IMG/VR virus record: IMGVR_UViG_3300027640_000003
Span: 1-45,569 of that record
Reading direction: 5' to 3' (one strand)
Length of the DNA stretch: 45,569 nt
From: a virus
Taxonomy: Duplodnaviria > Caudoviricetes
The notes beneath the pieces are model-generated. The model was given only the letters and a program-made list of their open reading frames with translations. It did not search any database and was not told the DNA's origin. Position numbers and translations under genes: made by a program. The first letter of the stretch is position 1, and each line of letters opens with the position of its first letter. This document shows positions 8,944 to 18,257 of this stretch, in pieces.

Positions 8944-9087
8944 GTCAGGCCGTCATTTCGTTCCCGCTCGCACCCGCTTCGTAGGCCGTCTCTTCAGCTG
9001 ACGTCCAAGCCGGCACGAACCTGGCCGTGTTGGTCCGCCGCGAACCGCGGACGATGATCCGGTCGTACTGTCAGGCCGTCATTTCGT
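8944..9087. repeat. 18-bp direct repeat (8944-8961 and 9070-9087)
   Basis: GTCAGGCCGTCATTTCGT twice; this is the 3' end (EMTA-stop) of the protease/scaffold gene. Confidence 0.85.
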
Positions 9088-9568
9088 CATACTTCTCCTG
9101 CAGCAATCGGCCGGCCTTGCGGCTCGGATTCGTCGCCAGCAGGTAGGCCTGATGCAGCGCCGGGTTGCGACGTGCCACGCCCATCACGCACCGCTGTCGG
9201 CCGAACTGCGGGTGAAGCTGCATTTCGTTCCGGACCGCCGCATCGAAATCGGCCACCGGATCCCCGGTCGCCCCGACGTATCCGTCCTCGCTTCCGGCCT
9301 GGTGGGACTTCTCGGCCCCCAGCGGCTCGACGCCGATCACCTTCAATTGCTGCTTGGCGTCCTCGAGTTCCTGCTTGTGCTTGACCTCGGCCTCGGCCAG
9401 TTGCTTCTTCAAGGCCTCGTTGTCGGCCTGGATTTTCGCGTTGTGGTCGCGCAACGCCTGGTCGACCGATGCGCCCTTCTCGAGCTGGGCGAGGAGGAAA
9501 TCCGCTCCAGCGTCCGGCATCGCCTGCTTCAGCTCTTGCAGTGTTGCAGAGTTTTCGTTCGTCGTCAT
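9071..9568 (-). CDS. Nested in-frame scaffolding protein (lambda Nu3-like)
   Basis: Internal ATG at 9568 (MTTNENSATL) preceded by AGGAG; the product is helical. Confidence 0.65.
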   Translation of the reverse strand: MTTNENSATLQELKQAMPDAGADFLLAQLEKGASVDQALRDHNAKIQADNEALKKQLAEAEVKHKQELEDAKQQLKVIGVEPLGAEKSHQAGSEDGYVGATGDPVADFDAAVRNEMQLHPQFGRQRCVMGVARRNPALHQAYLLATNPSRKAGRLLQEKYDEMTA

Positions 9569-10552
9569 GCTGTACGTTCTCCTACGTTTACGGGTTTGAT
9601 TTGACAGGTCGGCGAGCGTCTTATCGAACGATTGCACGTCGTCGACCAGGCCTTTTCCGATCGCTTCTGCCGCCGGATGGACCCGGCCGTCAGCAATGTC
9701 AACAACCTTTTCTAGCGAAAGGTTCCGACCCTTCGCCACACCGTCCAGGAACTGATCATTCAACGAATCAACGATTCGCTGGATATTTGCAATCTGCTCC
9801 TCGGTGATCTCCGTACCGGGTACCCCAGCCCCTTTGTGATCGCCCGCCTTGATGACGTGGACCTTGATGCCGAGCTGCTCCGCCGCCTTGCTGTAGTCAT
9901 GCAAAACCGCATAGGTCCCAATCGATCCAATCAAAGCGGTCGGATTGTTCGCGTAGACCTTGCTCGCTTGGCTGGCCACCCAATACGCCGCGCTCGCCGT
10001 CAGGTCATCCACAAACGCGTGGACTGGCTTCTTGGTCACGGCCTTTGCGACTTCACCCGCCAGGTCCATCGTGCCAGCGACTGTTCCCCCGGGCGAATCA
10101 AGCACCAGTAGGATTGCACCCACCTGGTCATCATCCACGGCCTGGCGAAGCTGCCGACGAGCAAACACTGTCGACGCGCCGTCGCTCATGCTCGACACGT
10201 ACTTCATCATCGGGCCGCGAAGCCGAATCAACGCCACGCCCTCGCCGGCGATTGTGTACAACCGACTGTCACCGGCGGAGGCCTCGACGCCGTCCTTGAG
10301 GTTACCGCCCAATCCGCCGACGCGCGACGGACTGAAGTTTGCCGCAAACGGATCCGGAACCAAGTGGTTGATGTTCCCGCGATTGGCCTCGATGTGCGCA
10401 ACCAGGTTGATGCCCTGGTACCGCTCGACTGCCTGGCGGAATCGGGTTTCCTCGATCGCCCAAATCCCAAAGAAATCATCGATCACCGCGGATGGAACGT
10501 CCGGCAGGTCAGTCAGGTGATGCGGTGTCGTGAACTTACTTTTTTTCGTCAC
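9071..10552 (-). CDS. S49 (SppA-like) prohead protease with C-terminal scaffold, lambda gpC-like
   Basis: Motifs DSPGG, ASAAYWVAS, IGSIG and AGDHKGAG; coiled-coil C-terminus. Confidence 0.92.
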   Translation of the reverse strand: MTKKSKFTTPHHLTDLPDVPSAVIDDFFGIWAIEETRFRQAVERYQGINLVAHIEANRGNINHLVPDPFAANFSPSRVGGLGGNLKDGVEASAGDSRLYTIAGEGVALIRLRGPMMKYVSSMSDGASTVFARRQLRQAVDDDQVGAILLVLDSPGGTVAGTMDLAGEVAKAVTKKPVHAFVDDLTASAAYWVASQASKVYANNPTALIGSIGTYAVLHDYSKAAEQLGIKVHVIKAGDHKGAGVPGTEITEEQIANIQRIVDSLNDQFLDGVAKGRNLSLEKVVDIADGRVHPAAEAIGKGLVDDVQSFDKTLADLSNQTRKRRRTYSMTTNENSATLQELKQAMPDAGADFLLAQLEKGASVDQALRDHNAKIQADNEALKKQLAEAEVKHKQELEDAKQQLKVIGVEPLGAEKSHQAGSEDGYVGATGDPVADFDAAVRNEMQLHPQFGRQRCVMGVARRNPALHQAYLLATNPSRKAGRLLQEKYDEMTA

Positions 10553-12230
10553 CGTTTGACCCCTTGTTCTCGTTGGTGGCTTCCTGGGGATCGTCCAGCG
10601 TACCGGTGAGCGAGACCTTCACTGATGTCTGGTCGTAAGCCAGATCACGCCAGGTGCCGTTCCACTCCGGATATTGCTTTTTGATTTCATCCGCGGTGCT
10701 GAGCGCCTTCAGGATCAATGTCGCGCGGTCCTCCACGATCTCGGTCGTCAAGTCGTCGAAATCGATCCCGCGTTCCTGTGCTCGCCGGCGGCCGCTGATC
10801 AGGTTCTTGCAGAGCCGCAGATCGTCCGCAGCGGCATCCTGCACCGGCTGGATGTAAGGCCACCCGCGCGGCGTCCAGCGGTGCCCGAGGATCCTGATGC
10901 CAGACCTGGCTGCAGCTCGGCGGACGACTGGATCCTGTTGGGCCCACTGCCGCACCTTCCACTCGTACACCGGCTTGTGGAACTGCGTGATCAGATCGCC
11001 CTGGATCTGCACAAACCGCATGCGCGCCTGATCAATCACACCGCGGTAGCCGTTGAAATTGGTCGCCGACGCGTCCAGGTTGAAGACCATCAGCGGCAAT
11101 TCAAGGTTGATCGAAAGGATCCCCATGAGCATCGCGGAGTGTTCGAAGAACGACTGCGGCGGGATGTTCGGCGACCAACCACTAACCTTTTCACCAGGCA
11201 CGCCGCGCAGCGTCTGGCCAGGCCCGCCGCCTTCCTCGGTCCGCGTGGTGCCGTCGTCTCGCGTGACTTCGGTCCGCGTGCCGCCCTGCCGATCTTTACC
11301 AGGGAGCTTCGGATCGGTGTCCACGTCGAACTCGCGGATGATCGCCCAGAAGCTGCTCCGCTTCGCGTTCACCAGCGCGGCAAACTGCAGATCGTCGTGA
11401 TACCGCGTCGGGAACACGATCGGAGCGAACGCCGTCACTCCGCGCCGCTGCGAGAACCGACGTGGGTCGTATACCTGAAGGACCTGGCGATTGCCCTTGT
11501 CGTCTCGCGCGGGAATCCGCCGCATCCTGGTCCGACGACTGACCTGAGCGGTCGGCGACAAATCGTCCGGCGTCAGCCAGAACGCAACTCGCTTCCCGCC
11601 CTGGATCTCCACGCCGTGGATCACGCCGGTTCCGTCGGCCACACTGGAGCGCCGGCCAAGCGGATTCCGGCAGCGATGATTCTCCACGATCTGCAGGCTG
11701 CCAGCAGTCGTTGGAAGACCAAGTACATCACCGTCAACGGTCCGGTTGCGGAGCATTCCACGGCTGATCTGGTCAAAATCACGCTCGCCGTCCCAGTCGC
11801 ACAGCTCGGGGGAGCTTGACCATTCCTGCCATTTCGCCATCAGGTCCATGTCGAGCGAGTCATCGCCAGTCTGGATCTGCAACGTGAAACCATTCTGCAC
11901 GACATTGGCACAGAAGCGATTTACACCCTGTCCGACCACCATGTTGTCGCGATCGTCGAACCGGGCGCGCTCGACCATCAGGAAGTAGGCCTGCTCACTC
12001 TGGTAGTGATAATCGGCCCCAGATCCCATTGCCTCGATCCCTGGCGGGCGAGGCAGATACCGCGTCGTCTGGCCGGCGAAGTAGCTGGAGTGGATCTCCT
12101 GCATCTGCTGCGAAAACGCCTGGTCAACGGAATCGCCGGCAGCCGCCATCGCATAGAATCCCGCGATCGCCAGGTTATTCCGCCTGGCGATGGCGAGTCG
12201 ATCCTGTCCGTTGGCATGTCCGTTGATCAT
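10536..12230 (-). CDS. Portal protein, lambda family
   Basis: 564 aa between terminase and protease; motifs QRRGVTAFAP, NFNGYRG and WTPRGWPYIQP. Confidence 0.92.
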   Translation of the reverse strand: MINGHANGQDRLAIARRNNLAIAGFYAMAAAGDSVDQAFSQQMQEIHSSYFAGQTTRYLPRPPGIEAMGSGADYHYQSEQAYFLMVERARFDDRDNMVVGQGVNRFCANVVQNGFTLQIQTGDDSLDMDLMAKWQEWSSSPELCDWDGERDFDQISRGMLRNRTVDGDVLGLPTTAGSLQIVENHRCRNPLGRRSSVADGTGVIHGVEIQGGKRVAFWLTPDDLSPTAQVSRRTRMRRIPARDDKGNRQVLQVYDPRRFSQRRGVTAFAPIVFPTRYHDDLQFAALVNAKRSSFWAIIREFDVDTDPKLPGKDRQGGTRTEVTRDDGTTRTEEGGGPGQTLRGVPGEKVSGWSPNIPPQSFFEHSAMLMGILSINLELPLMVFNLDASATNFNGYRGVIDQARMRFVQIQGDLITQFHKPVYEWKVRQWAQQDPVVRRAAARSGIRILGHRWTPRGWPYIQPVQDAAADDLRLCKNLISGRRRAQERGIDFDDLTTEIVEDRATLILKALSTADEIKKQYPEWNGTWRDLAYDQTSVKVSLTGTLDDPQEATNENKGSNGDEKK

Positions 12231-12535
12231 GTGCGCGTGTCAAACTCTGAGAAATCCACATCCAACACCGCCGGCGACGTGTCGTCCGTCCGTTTCGCCG
12301 CGACGTACTTGCGAGCTTCTGTTAATTCATCACCTAACACCTCCAGGTTGAACTCGTGTTCTGCGCCACCGGCACCGCCTTTGCGTTCACGCTGCGCATA
12401 GCGAATCATTATGAGGACCGCAGTGATGAACGTTCGCGCCTTTGCAACGCTTTCATCCTCCTCGTATGACGCATTGTCGTCATACGCAGCGAGTACTTCG
12501 GCGAGCGTGCTACTGGAGCTGAGCGTTGACATCAC
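12227..12535 (-). CDS. Small head protein at the lambda gpW position
   Basis: 102 aa, ATGA-coupled to the portal; function by synteny only. Confidence 0.55.
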   Translation of the reverse strand: MMSTLSSSSTLAEVLAAYDDNASYEEDESVAKARTFITAVLIMIRYAQRERKGGAGGAEHEFNLEVLGDELTEARKYVAAKRTDDTSPAVLDVDFSEFDTRT

Positions 12536-12662
12536 TGGGTCCTTGTAAGGCTCAAGAGGAAGTGTATCGGCGCGCCAGAGTCAACCCCAAACCGGAAAAA
12601 ATAAAAGGCCCCGATCACTCGAGGCCTAAAAAACTTTTTTTCTTTTTTCGTTCGCGAGAAAT

Positions 12663-13136
12663 TTATTTTTTTCCCGCGAGCTCGATCGCGTTCGATACGT
12701 ACTCGAGCAGCCGACAAATCGCTTCCTCTTTCGACTCAATCGGAACCTTCTTCGTCTCGCCGTTTGCGGATAGGAAGTAGCGTTCGCTGGCGTCCAAGCA
12801 CTCGCCGCGCTCGAGCATGCCAAGCCGAATCATGGCGAGCGCCTGGCCTTGGCTGGCGGTCAATCGCCGTTGGCGCATCTCGCGCGGCCAGCCGCGACGC
12901 GAGATCTGGTAGGCTTCGCCATCGTCCAGCAGCTCACCGATCGGAATCCGGACCACCACACACCGCCCCTTCGGCTTCTTCTGCTCCGGTTCCCGGCTCT
13001 CATCGGGTGGTGATGGAGGTGGTGATGGAGTGAGTCCCACCGCCGATCCGCGTTCTTCCAGGGTTGGTGGTTCCGTCCGTGGTTTCTTCGGTTTTGTCTT
13101 CGCTGGTACTGCTTGTGCTTTTTGCTGTTCGTCCAC
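12663..13136 (-). CDS. Hypothetical protein (Pro/Lys-rich N-terminus)
   Basis: 157 aa, start overlaps the terL stop. Confidence 0.6.
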   Translation of the reverse strand: MDEQQKAQAVPAKTKPKKPRTEPPTLEERGSAVGLTPSPPPSPPDESREPEQKKPKGRCVVVRIPIGELLDDGEAYQISRRGWPREMRQRRLTASQGQALAMIRLGMLERGECLDASERYFLSANGETKKVPIESKEEAICRLLEYVSNAIELAGKK

Positions 13137-15202
13137 TAGTAAGGTCCTCCATCGTAATAGAACGGCCGTCCGTCCGGCGTCGTAAAGTCGTCGCCTGGAT
13201 CCGTGCCAGAATCGTCCGGGCCCGGTACGTCACCGGGATCGGCGGGTTGTACGCTGATCAACTCAATACCGCAGAAGTTCGCGGCGGCCGACGCGATGTA
13301 CGTCGCATCGAGCCAGTGATTCGTCCGCGAGACTGTCTTCCAGACCTTCACTTCGCCCTGGTCGGGAATGAACACCGTCGTCTCGCGCTCGGCCGCCAGG
13401 TGCCGACAGAACTGGGAGTGATCGGCTTCCGGGACGAAGAGAGTCATTGCCCCCGGCTGATACTCACCGTCTTCGTCGATGATGTCCTGCATCATGCGGG
13501 ATTGGACAAAGGACTTCCAGCTGTCCGCATTGATCACGACCAGCTGAACGCCGAACTTCCGTTGCCGCGCGAAAAAGTAATCCTCGCCGATGTAAGTGAC
13601 GTTCTTGTCGGTCTTGTGCTTCTCCGTCCACTTGTACTTGTACTGAGTGCCGGCGCCACGGCCGACAGCTGGTCGAACGCGGTCCCTCCAGGTATCCATC
13701 CCCTCACATTCCCGGACGAACTTGTATATCACCTTGTTTCGCCAGCCGGCATCAATCCACCACTGGAGCGGAGGAATCGCTTCCGAGGATCCTTCCACCT
13801 GGAAGCCATCAGCCAGGATCTTGTCACGGAGATAACGCAGCGCCGCACGGATCGCCTTGTCCGCCCCGAGCGTTCGACTGTAGACCTTCACGGTCCCGTA
13901 GTTGATCACCTGGCTACGACAATCGTCACTCGACCAGGAGACCGCTGACCAATGGATTCGCTTGTCTCCGATGTCTGTCCCGACCGAAACGACGTCGTGG
14001 TCGTATGGGACGATGTTGCGTTTGGTCGTGCCGATCCGCTTCATCGCCGCGTAGGGATCGAGGAACTCATCGTCCGCGCCTTCGGGTTCCACGGGAATCG
14101 CGTACTGGAACTGATTCATCGCCCGCTGTGCGGCTTCCTGGTCGACCTCCCGCGCCTTCGACCATTCCAACGATCCGAGATACCTCGAGGACCGGAACGA
14201 GTTATCCACGGCCGACCAGCGGAATCCGAGGGTGCGAGTCTTCGGCATGGGACCGATGATCTCGCCCGTCTTGTTGATCACCTGGCCACGATGGACCACC
14301 TTGCTCCGCTGGTTCGCCGCAAACCGCTCTTCGTCCGTCCAGCGTTGGCCGCACCCCGGACAATGGAATCCAGCGAGCTCGCCGGCGTCAATCTCATTGT
14401 CCGCCGACTGCCAGCCACGGAAGTGCTTCCGCTCCGGGGTGACCCATTCGCTGCATCTCGGGCACTGTCGAACAATTCGCGATTCCGTCCCCGCCTTGTA
14501 CCGCGTCCACGTCTGGCCCAACGTGGTCGAGACCGTGCACTCCATGACGATGAACGCGGACAGGTCAGAAGCCATCGTTCGAGCAATCAACTGCTCGATC
14601 GGGGACGCCTCGTCCGAGGCCTCCGTCATCTCACCGCCGCCGTCGGTCTCGGTGATGATCAGGTTTGGCGCCGTCTCACCGGCTCGGCTCTTGTCGCCGC
14701 CAGCAAACGACATGAAGGTCAAGCTCGTGTTGTTCCTGAACCGGATCTGCTTGATCTTGCTGGCGCCTTTGCTGCCGGATCCGGATGTGGGAAGTAGATC
14801 CGCGTACTGCGTTTCGCGGATGACCGGCAGGATATCCTTGCTCCATTTGCTCGCGGCCATGTCGAGATCCGGCAGACCGACGATCACGTCTTCGCCCTTC
14901 TCGAAGAGGCAATAGCAAATCGGGATCACGAAGCAGGATAGGGTTTTCCCCGACTGGGATGGTCCGGTGGCGACGTGTATCAGCCACTGCATCAGAGCGA
15001 TTAAGTCAAACCACAGACCGGCCGCAGGGATGCGGGAGGACCGGAATTTCTGACCACGGTAAGGGCCGTTGGGGAGGATAATCTCGTCCTCCGCCCACGT
15101 GCGCATGGTGCGCGGAGGTTTCTCCAGGACACGATCGAGCAAGTAAAGCCCGTCGCTTGCAATCGGAATCGGAAGGTGCGTTGCTTCAAGGGTTGTCGTC
15201 AT
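13136..15202 (-). CDS. Terminase large subunit, lambda gpA family
   Basis: Walker A GPSQSGKT, Walker B LIITETDG, CPRC/CPGC zinc motif, nuclease motifs GTDIG, IDAG and NHWLDA. Confidence 0.93.
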   Translation of the reverse strand: MTTTLEATHLPIPIASDGLYLLDRVLEKPPRTMRTWAEDEIILPNGPYRGQKFRSSRIPAAGLWFDLIALMQWLIHVATGPSQSGKTLSCFVIPICYCLFEKGEDVIVGLPDLDMAASKWSKDILPVIRETQYADLLPTSGSGSKGASKIKQIRFRNNTSLTFMSFAGGDKSRAGETAPNLIITETDGGGEMTEASDEASPIEQLIARTMASDLSAFIVMECTVSTTLGQTWTRYKAGTESRIVRQCPRCSEWVTPERKHFRGWQSADNEIDAGELAGFHCPGCGQRWTDEERFAANQRSKVVHRGQVINKTGEIIGPMPKTRTLGFRWSAVDNSFRSSRYLGSLEWSKAREVDQEAAQRAMNQFQYAIPVEPEGADDEFLDPYAAMKRIGTTKRNIVPYDHDVVSVGTDIGDKRIHWSAVSWSSDDCRSQVINYGTVKVYSRTLGADKAIRAALRYLRDKILADGFQVEGSSEAIPPLQWWIDAGWRNKVIYKFVRECEGMDTWRDRVRPAVGRGAGTQYKYKWTEKHKTDKNVTYIGEDYFFARQRKFGVQLVVINADSWKSFVQSRMMQDIIDEDGEYQPGAMTLFVPEADHSQFCRHLAAERETTVFIPDQGEVKVWKTVSRTNHWLDATYIASAAANFCGIELISVQPADPGDVPGPDDSGTDPGDDFTTPDGRPFYYDGGPY

Positions 15203-15641
15203 TCGTCTCCATACAGCCGTCGGCCATCAACTCACGCATTGCCAATTCCGGCACGTTCCATAATCCCTGGCTCCCGCGACACCACACGCCGTTGGGTATG
15301 CTGCGGATATTCCGCAACACCCAGCACCATGGACCCTCAGTATGCTCATGCTTGAGCACGTCATCGACTGTAACGCCGCGCGCAAGCACCGTGCAGCGGT
15401 CCCAGCGGCGCGCACGTGTGATGTTGATGCAAGCGACGATGTCTGCCACGGCGAGAATCAGTCCCGTTGGATATTCCGCTGCGTGCTCCCGCAACTGCTC
15501 TCGGTCCATGTACTGCGTGCCCTTGCCCGCGTGAATCGCCAATGGTCCTCGGTAGTCTGTGCCCCACGTCCGGTTCTCTACCCACTTCTCGCCATTGGCG
15601 ATTAGTGAAGCGAACGGTTGGCTAATCGTTAATGCCTTCAT
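15186..15641 (-). CDS. ASCH domain protein
   Basis: MKALTISQPFASLIANGEKWVENRTW...YRGPLAIHAG...GSQGLW signature. Confidence 0.9.
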   Translation of the reverse strand: MKALTISQPFASLIANGEKWVENRTWGTDYRGPLAIHAGKGTQYMDREQLREHAAEYPTGLILAVADIVACINITRARRWDRCTVLARGVTVDDVLKHEHTEGPWCWVLRNIRSIPNGVWCRGSQGLWNVPELAMRELMADGCMETNDDNP

Positions 15642-15677
15642 GCCCCGTCCTCCCGCGGCTCAGCCGCTGTGCTGGTT

Positions 15678-16685
15678 CTATCGTGTTCGCTCGGTTCGTC
15701 TCCGTGCGAGTACTCTGCCGCTGAAACCCGCGTGCGGGGCCCCAGTCGATGAATCCTGCGTCGAGGACCTGGCCGCTGAATCCGGCGACCTGGTACCGCC
15801 TGCGGATCCAACGTCGCTGGATCCGGATTCGCCGCCGGCCAAGTCGCAATACACCGCGGCACAGGCCTCCCAGACGGCCTGCCTCTCAGCGGGCGTCATT
15901 GACTTCAATCCGTCTGACCAATTGCGCACGCGGCGCCGGATCCGCTCCCGCTCGCGGCGGTTGACGCCCACAAATCGCACGTCGTGGTACCGGAGCGGCG
16001 GCTCGAAATTCAACCAGAGCCACTCAGTTACCCGCCGACCTGCCCGATTGACGGTCGGAATCTGGATCGATCGACAGCCTCGCAATTCCGCGGCGTATAG
16101 ATCGGATGCGTACCCACTGATGGCGGCCGGGCAGGGCAACGCGCGAAACATGCAACACAAGTCGCGATGCTGATCCTCGCTCAGCTCGTGGTGGTAGTAG
16201 CCAGAGCACCCGAGGTAGGGCGGATCGAGGTAGACGAAATGCCGCTCCCAAGCAATGCCGCCGAATGTTGCGACTCCCGCGGCCGCCGCGAGATAGTGTG
16301 TCGGTCGACCGACGCGGGATCCGCCGGCTGGTGATGGGCAGAGCCGAAAGTAATCTTTGAGCCATTGAACGCCATCGGCCAGGAACATCGTCGCGTGGCC
16401 ATCACCGTCAGATATGGCGGCAGGATCCAGGTCGATCCCGATCGTGATGGCTGCCGGCCGCTTAGCCTTGGCGATGGTGCCCCGTCCCCAGAACGGTTCA
16501 ATGAACACGTCGTGCTCTGGCATCTCGCTGATAATGCGTTGCCAAACGCCGCTCCCGCCCTTGGTCCCGGTCAGCTTCGAGCTGCTCACGGTTCTCGATC
16601 GAGCGTCGCCGGATCCGCTGACGCCGGCAGCCGCGTCATCGGCCGAGGTCGCGTCTTTCGGAATGCCGTGGTTGTTTTGTATCAA
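15678..16685 (-). CDS. DNA adenine methyltransferase (D12/Dam-like class)
   Basis: Motif I FIEPFWGRG, motif IV YLDPPY, AISGY and VTEWLWLNF. No adjacent cognate restriction endonuclease. Confidence 0.85.
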   Translation of the reverse strand: MIQNNHGIPKDATSADDAAAGVSGSGDARSRTVSSSKLTGTKGGSGVWQRIISEMPEHDVFIEPFWGRGTIAKAKRPAAITIGIDLDPAAISDGDGHATMFLADGVQWLKDYFRLCPSPAGGSRVGRPTHYLAAAAGVATFGGIAWERHFVYLDPPYLGCSGYYHHELSEDQHRDLCCMFRALPCPAAISGYASDLYAAELRGCRSIQIPTVNRAGRRVTEWLWLNFEPPLRYHDVRFVGVNRRERERIRRRVRNWSDGLKSMTPAERQAVWEACAAVYCDLAGGESGSSDVGSAGGTRSPDSAARSSTQDSSTGAPHAGFSGRVLARRRTERTR

Positions 16686-16694
16686 GCAAACACC

Positions 16695-17354
16695 CTATCC
16701 AATCGCTTCGGTTTTTTCCGCGTCACGGTTTCCGCCTTCGAATTTTTCGATGACCTTTCGGGCTTCATTCACGGCTTCCTCGAGGATCTGGTGGGCCCGG
16801 TCACCGAATTCCTTCCGCAGCTCGGCCGAAGCCTTCCGAAACGTCTGGGCCACGAAGTCAAACGTTCGCCGAACGTCGTCCAGGTGGCGGAGCTCCCGTC
16901 GCTTTTTGGCATACTCCATCTCCGCCAGGTCGGCTTGCACCCGCTTCAGCCGCCTGGCCTCCTCGTCCTTCGAAGCGAGGTCCTCAGTCGAAGCCAGAGC
17001 CCGTTTGTTCTCGGCCAGGAAGTCATGGAACGCGGGGAGGAATTCCGTCAGGTCGATCACGGCGCCACCCATCGGGAGCCCGTAGCGCTCGGCCTGTTCG
17101 CCGATGATCTGGTTGGCGCGCCCGGACATTTCCCGCCAGTGCTTCTTCGGGATCGTGCGGTAGTACCGCCACCGCCTGGCCTCCTCGTCCGCCTTTTCGA
17201 ACCGGCGCAGCGCTGCGCGCTCGTCGCGCGACGGAGTCTCTCCTCGCCGTTGCTTCTCCCGGGCCCGCGACGCCATTTCCCGGTCGATTTCCTCGGTCGT
17301 CGTGGTTGCATCGGTTTTTTTCCCGATCGTTTTCGTGCTCGCCTGCTTCGCCAT
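16695..17354 (-). CDS. Terminase small subunit (putative)
   Basis: Immediately downstream of the cos-like site; coiled-coil RRLKRVQADLAEMEYAKKRREL resembles Nu1-type small subunits. Confidence 0.7.
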   Translation of the reverse strand: MAKQASTKTIGKKTDATTTTEEIDREMASRAREKQRRGETPSRDERAALRRFEKADEEARRWRYYRTIPKKHWREMSGRANQIIGEQAERYGLPMGGAVIDLTEFLPAFHDFLAENKRALASTEDLASKDEEARRLKRVQADLAEMEYAKKRRELRHLDDVRRTFDFVAQTFRKASAELRKEFGDRAHQILEEAVNEARKVIEKFEGGNRDAEKTEAIG

Positions 17355-17389
17355 CGCGTCTCCGTAGTTCCCTGGTGGGGGTCAATCAG

Positions 17390-17590
17390 CTAGTTTTCAG
17401 GTGTTATCTCCATATCTGCGGCTCGCTCGACAGGCGGTAGCTCGCGGCCCGGGTACCCCCCCGGAAAGGACCCGGCCCGGTAGGGGGGTGGGGGTGGGGG
17501 TGCGGGGCGTCCTGGTGTCGGCTTGCGTGCGGCCAGGAGCCACGCTGCAGCCATCACCGCCGGACCGCCGATCACGTCCACGATCGTCAT
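17390..17590 (-). CDS. Possible small ORF overlapping the cos-like site
   Basis: ATG at 17590 overlaps the upstream stop (ATGA). Its poly-Pro stretch is simply the G-tract read on the other strand, so it may be spurious. Confidence 0.3.
   Translation of the reverse strand: MTIVDVIGGPAVMAAAWLLAARKPTPGRPAPPPPPPYRAGSFPGGYPGRELPPVERAADMEITPEN
17439..17474 (-). promoter_or_regulatory. Lambda-like cos site (cosQ-like plus cosN-like)
   Basis: Minus strand reads CGGGTCCTTTCCGG-GGGGGTACCC-GGGCCGCGAGCT. The lambda right end has CGGGTCCTTTCCGG and the cohesive end GGGCGGCGACCT (10/12 match). About 85 bp upstream of terS. Confidence 0.65.
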
Positions 17591-18018
17591 GATCGTCCTC
17601 CAGTCGCCTCGAGCGCCCACCATGCGCCATCCCCGTCCTCGGTCTCGTGCAACGTCCAACCGGGTAACTCGTCGGATGCAATGGCAGGCCGCGGCCTGGC
17701 CGTAGCGTGCTCGCCGCGCCGTAGGCATGGGATCCACTCGAGCGATCCGTCAGGGTGCGTGTAGATCGTCCAGCGTGAGCCAACCAGTGCGCGCGATGGC
17801 CATGGGTCACAGACAGCACATCGCAGCTGCGTGTCGTACACCGTGCGCCAGAACGTTGGGGACCAGCATTCCAAACATGGACATGGAGGTTCAGCCGGCA
17901 GATCAAAAAAACTTGCATCGGTTTTTTTCTCAACTGGATTTATTTCTTGGCCGGCCTCGTATTTGTTTTTCTCGCCGGCTTCTTCCAGATTTTTTTTAAT
18001 TGCGGTTAGCACACCCAT
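17587..18018 (-). CDS. Hypothetical Cys-containing protein (start uncertain)
   Basis: CPCLEC...CAVC zinc-ribbon-like motifs. The ORF-track start at 18066 lies inside the iterons. Confidence 0.5.
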   Translation of the reverse strand: MGVLTAIKKNLEEAGEKNKYEAGQEINPVEKKTDASFFDLPAEPPCPCLECWSPTFWRTVYDTQLRCAVCDPWPSRALVGSRWTIYTHPDGSLEWIPCLRRGEHATARPRPAIASDELPGWTLHETEDGDGAWWALEATGGRS

Positions 18019-18030
18019 CGTTGACCCCGT

Positions 18031-18257
18031 TACACCCATTACACCCTTTACACCCTTTACACCCATGACTCACTCACCCTCCACGTACGCGTGCGCGTAC
18101 GCGCGTACGCGTGCGAGCAGACGCGCCTTTTTATGTACTTCCTTTCCTTTTTTGTTTACCTAGTGAAGTAAGGGTGTAAAGGGTGTAAAGGGTGAAATCC
18201 TTTTGACTGAAACAACTTGCGACTCAGAACATTACACCCTTTACACCCTTTACACCC
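18031..18257. repeat. Iteron array, probable replication origin
   Basis: 9-bp-periodic TACACCC(TT) at 18031, 18040, 18049, 18058; inverted GGGTGTAAA at 18172 and 18181 (partial at 18190); TACACCC at 18233, 18242, 18251. T-rich tract at 18128-18158; located at the 3' end of the primase gene. Confidence 0.75.

Noticed and set aside
12561-12584. TTGACT...TACACT promoter before the head genes
   Set aside because: The spacer is only 12 nt. The AT-rich gap may still be regulatory, but I cannot define it.
18031-18257. Repeats as a CRISPR array or a GVK-repeat protein
   Set aside because: They are 9-bp tandem units without spacers and there are no cas genes; iterons explain them better.
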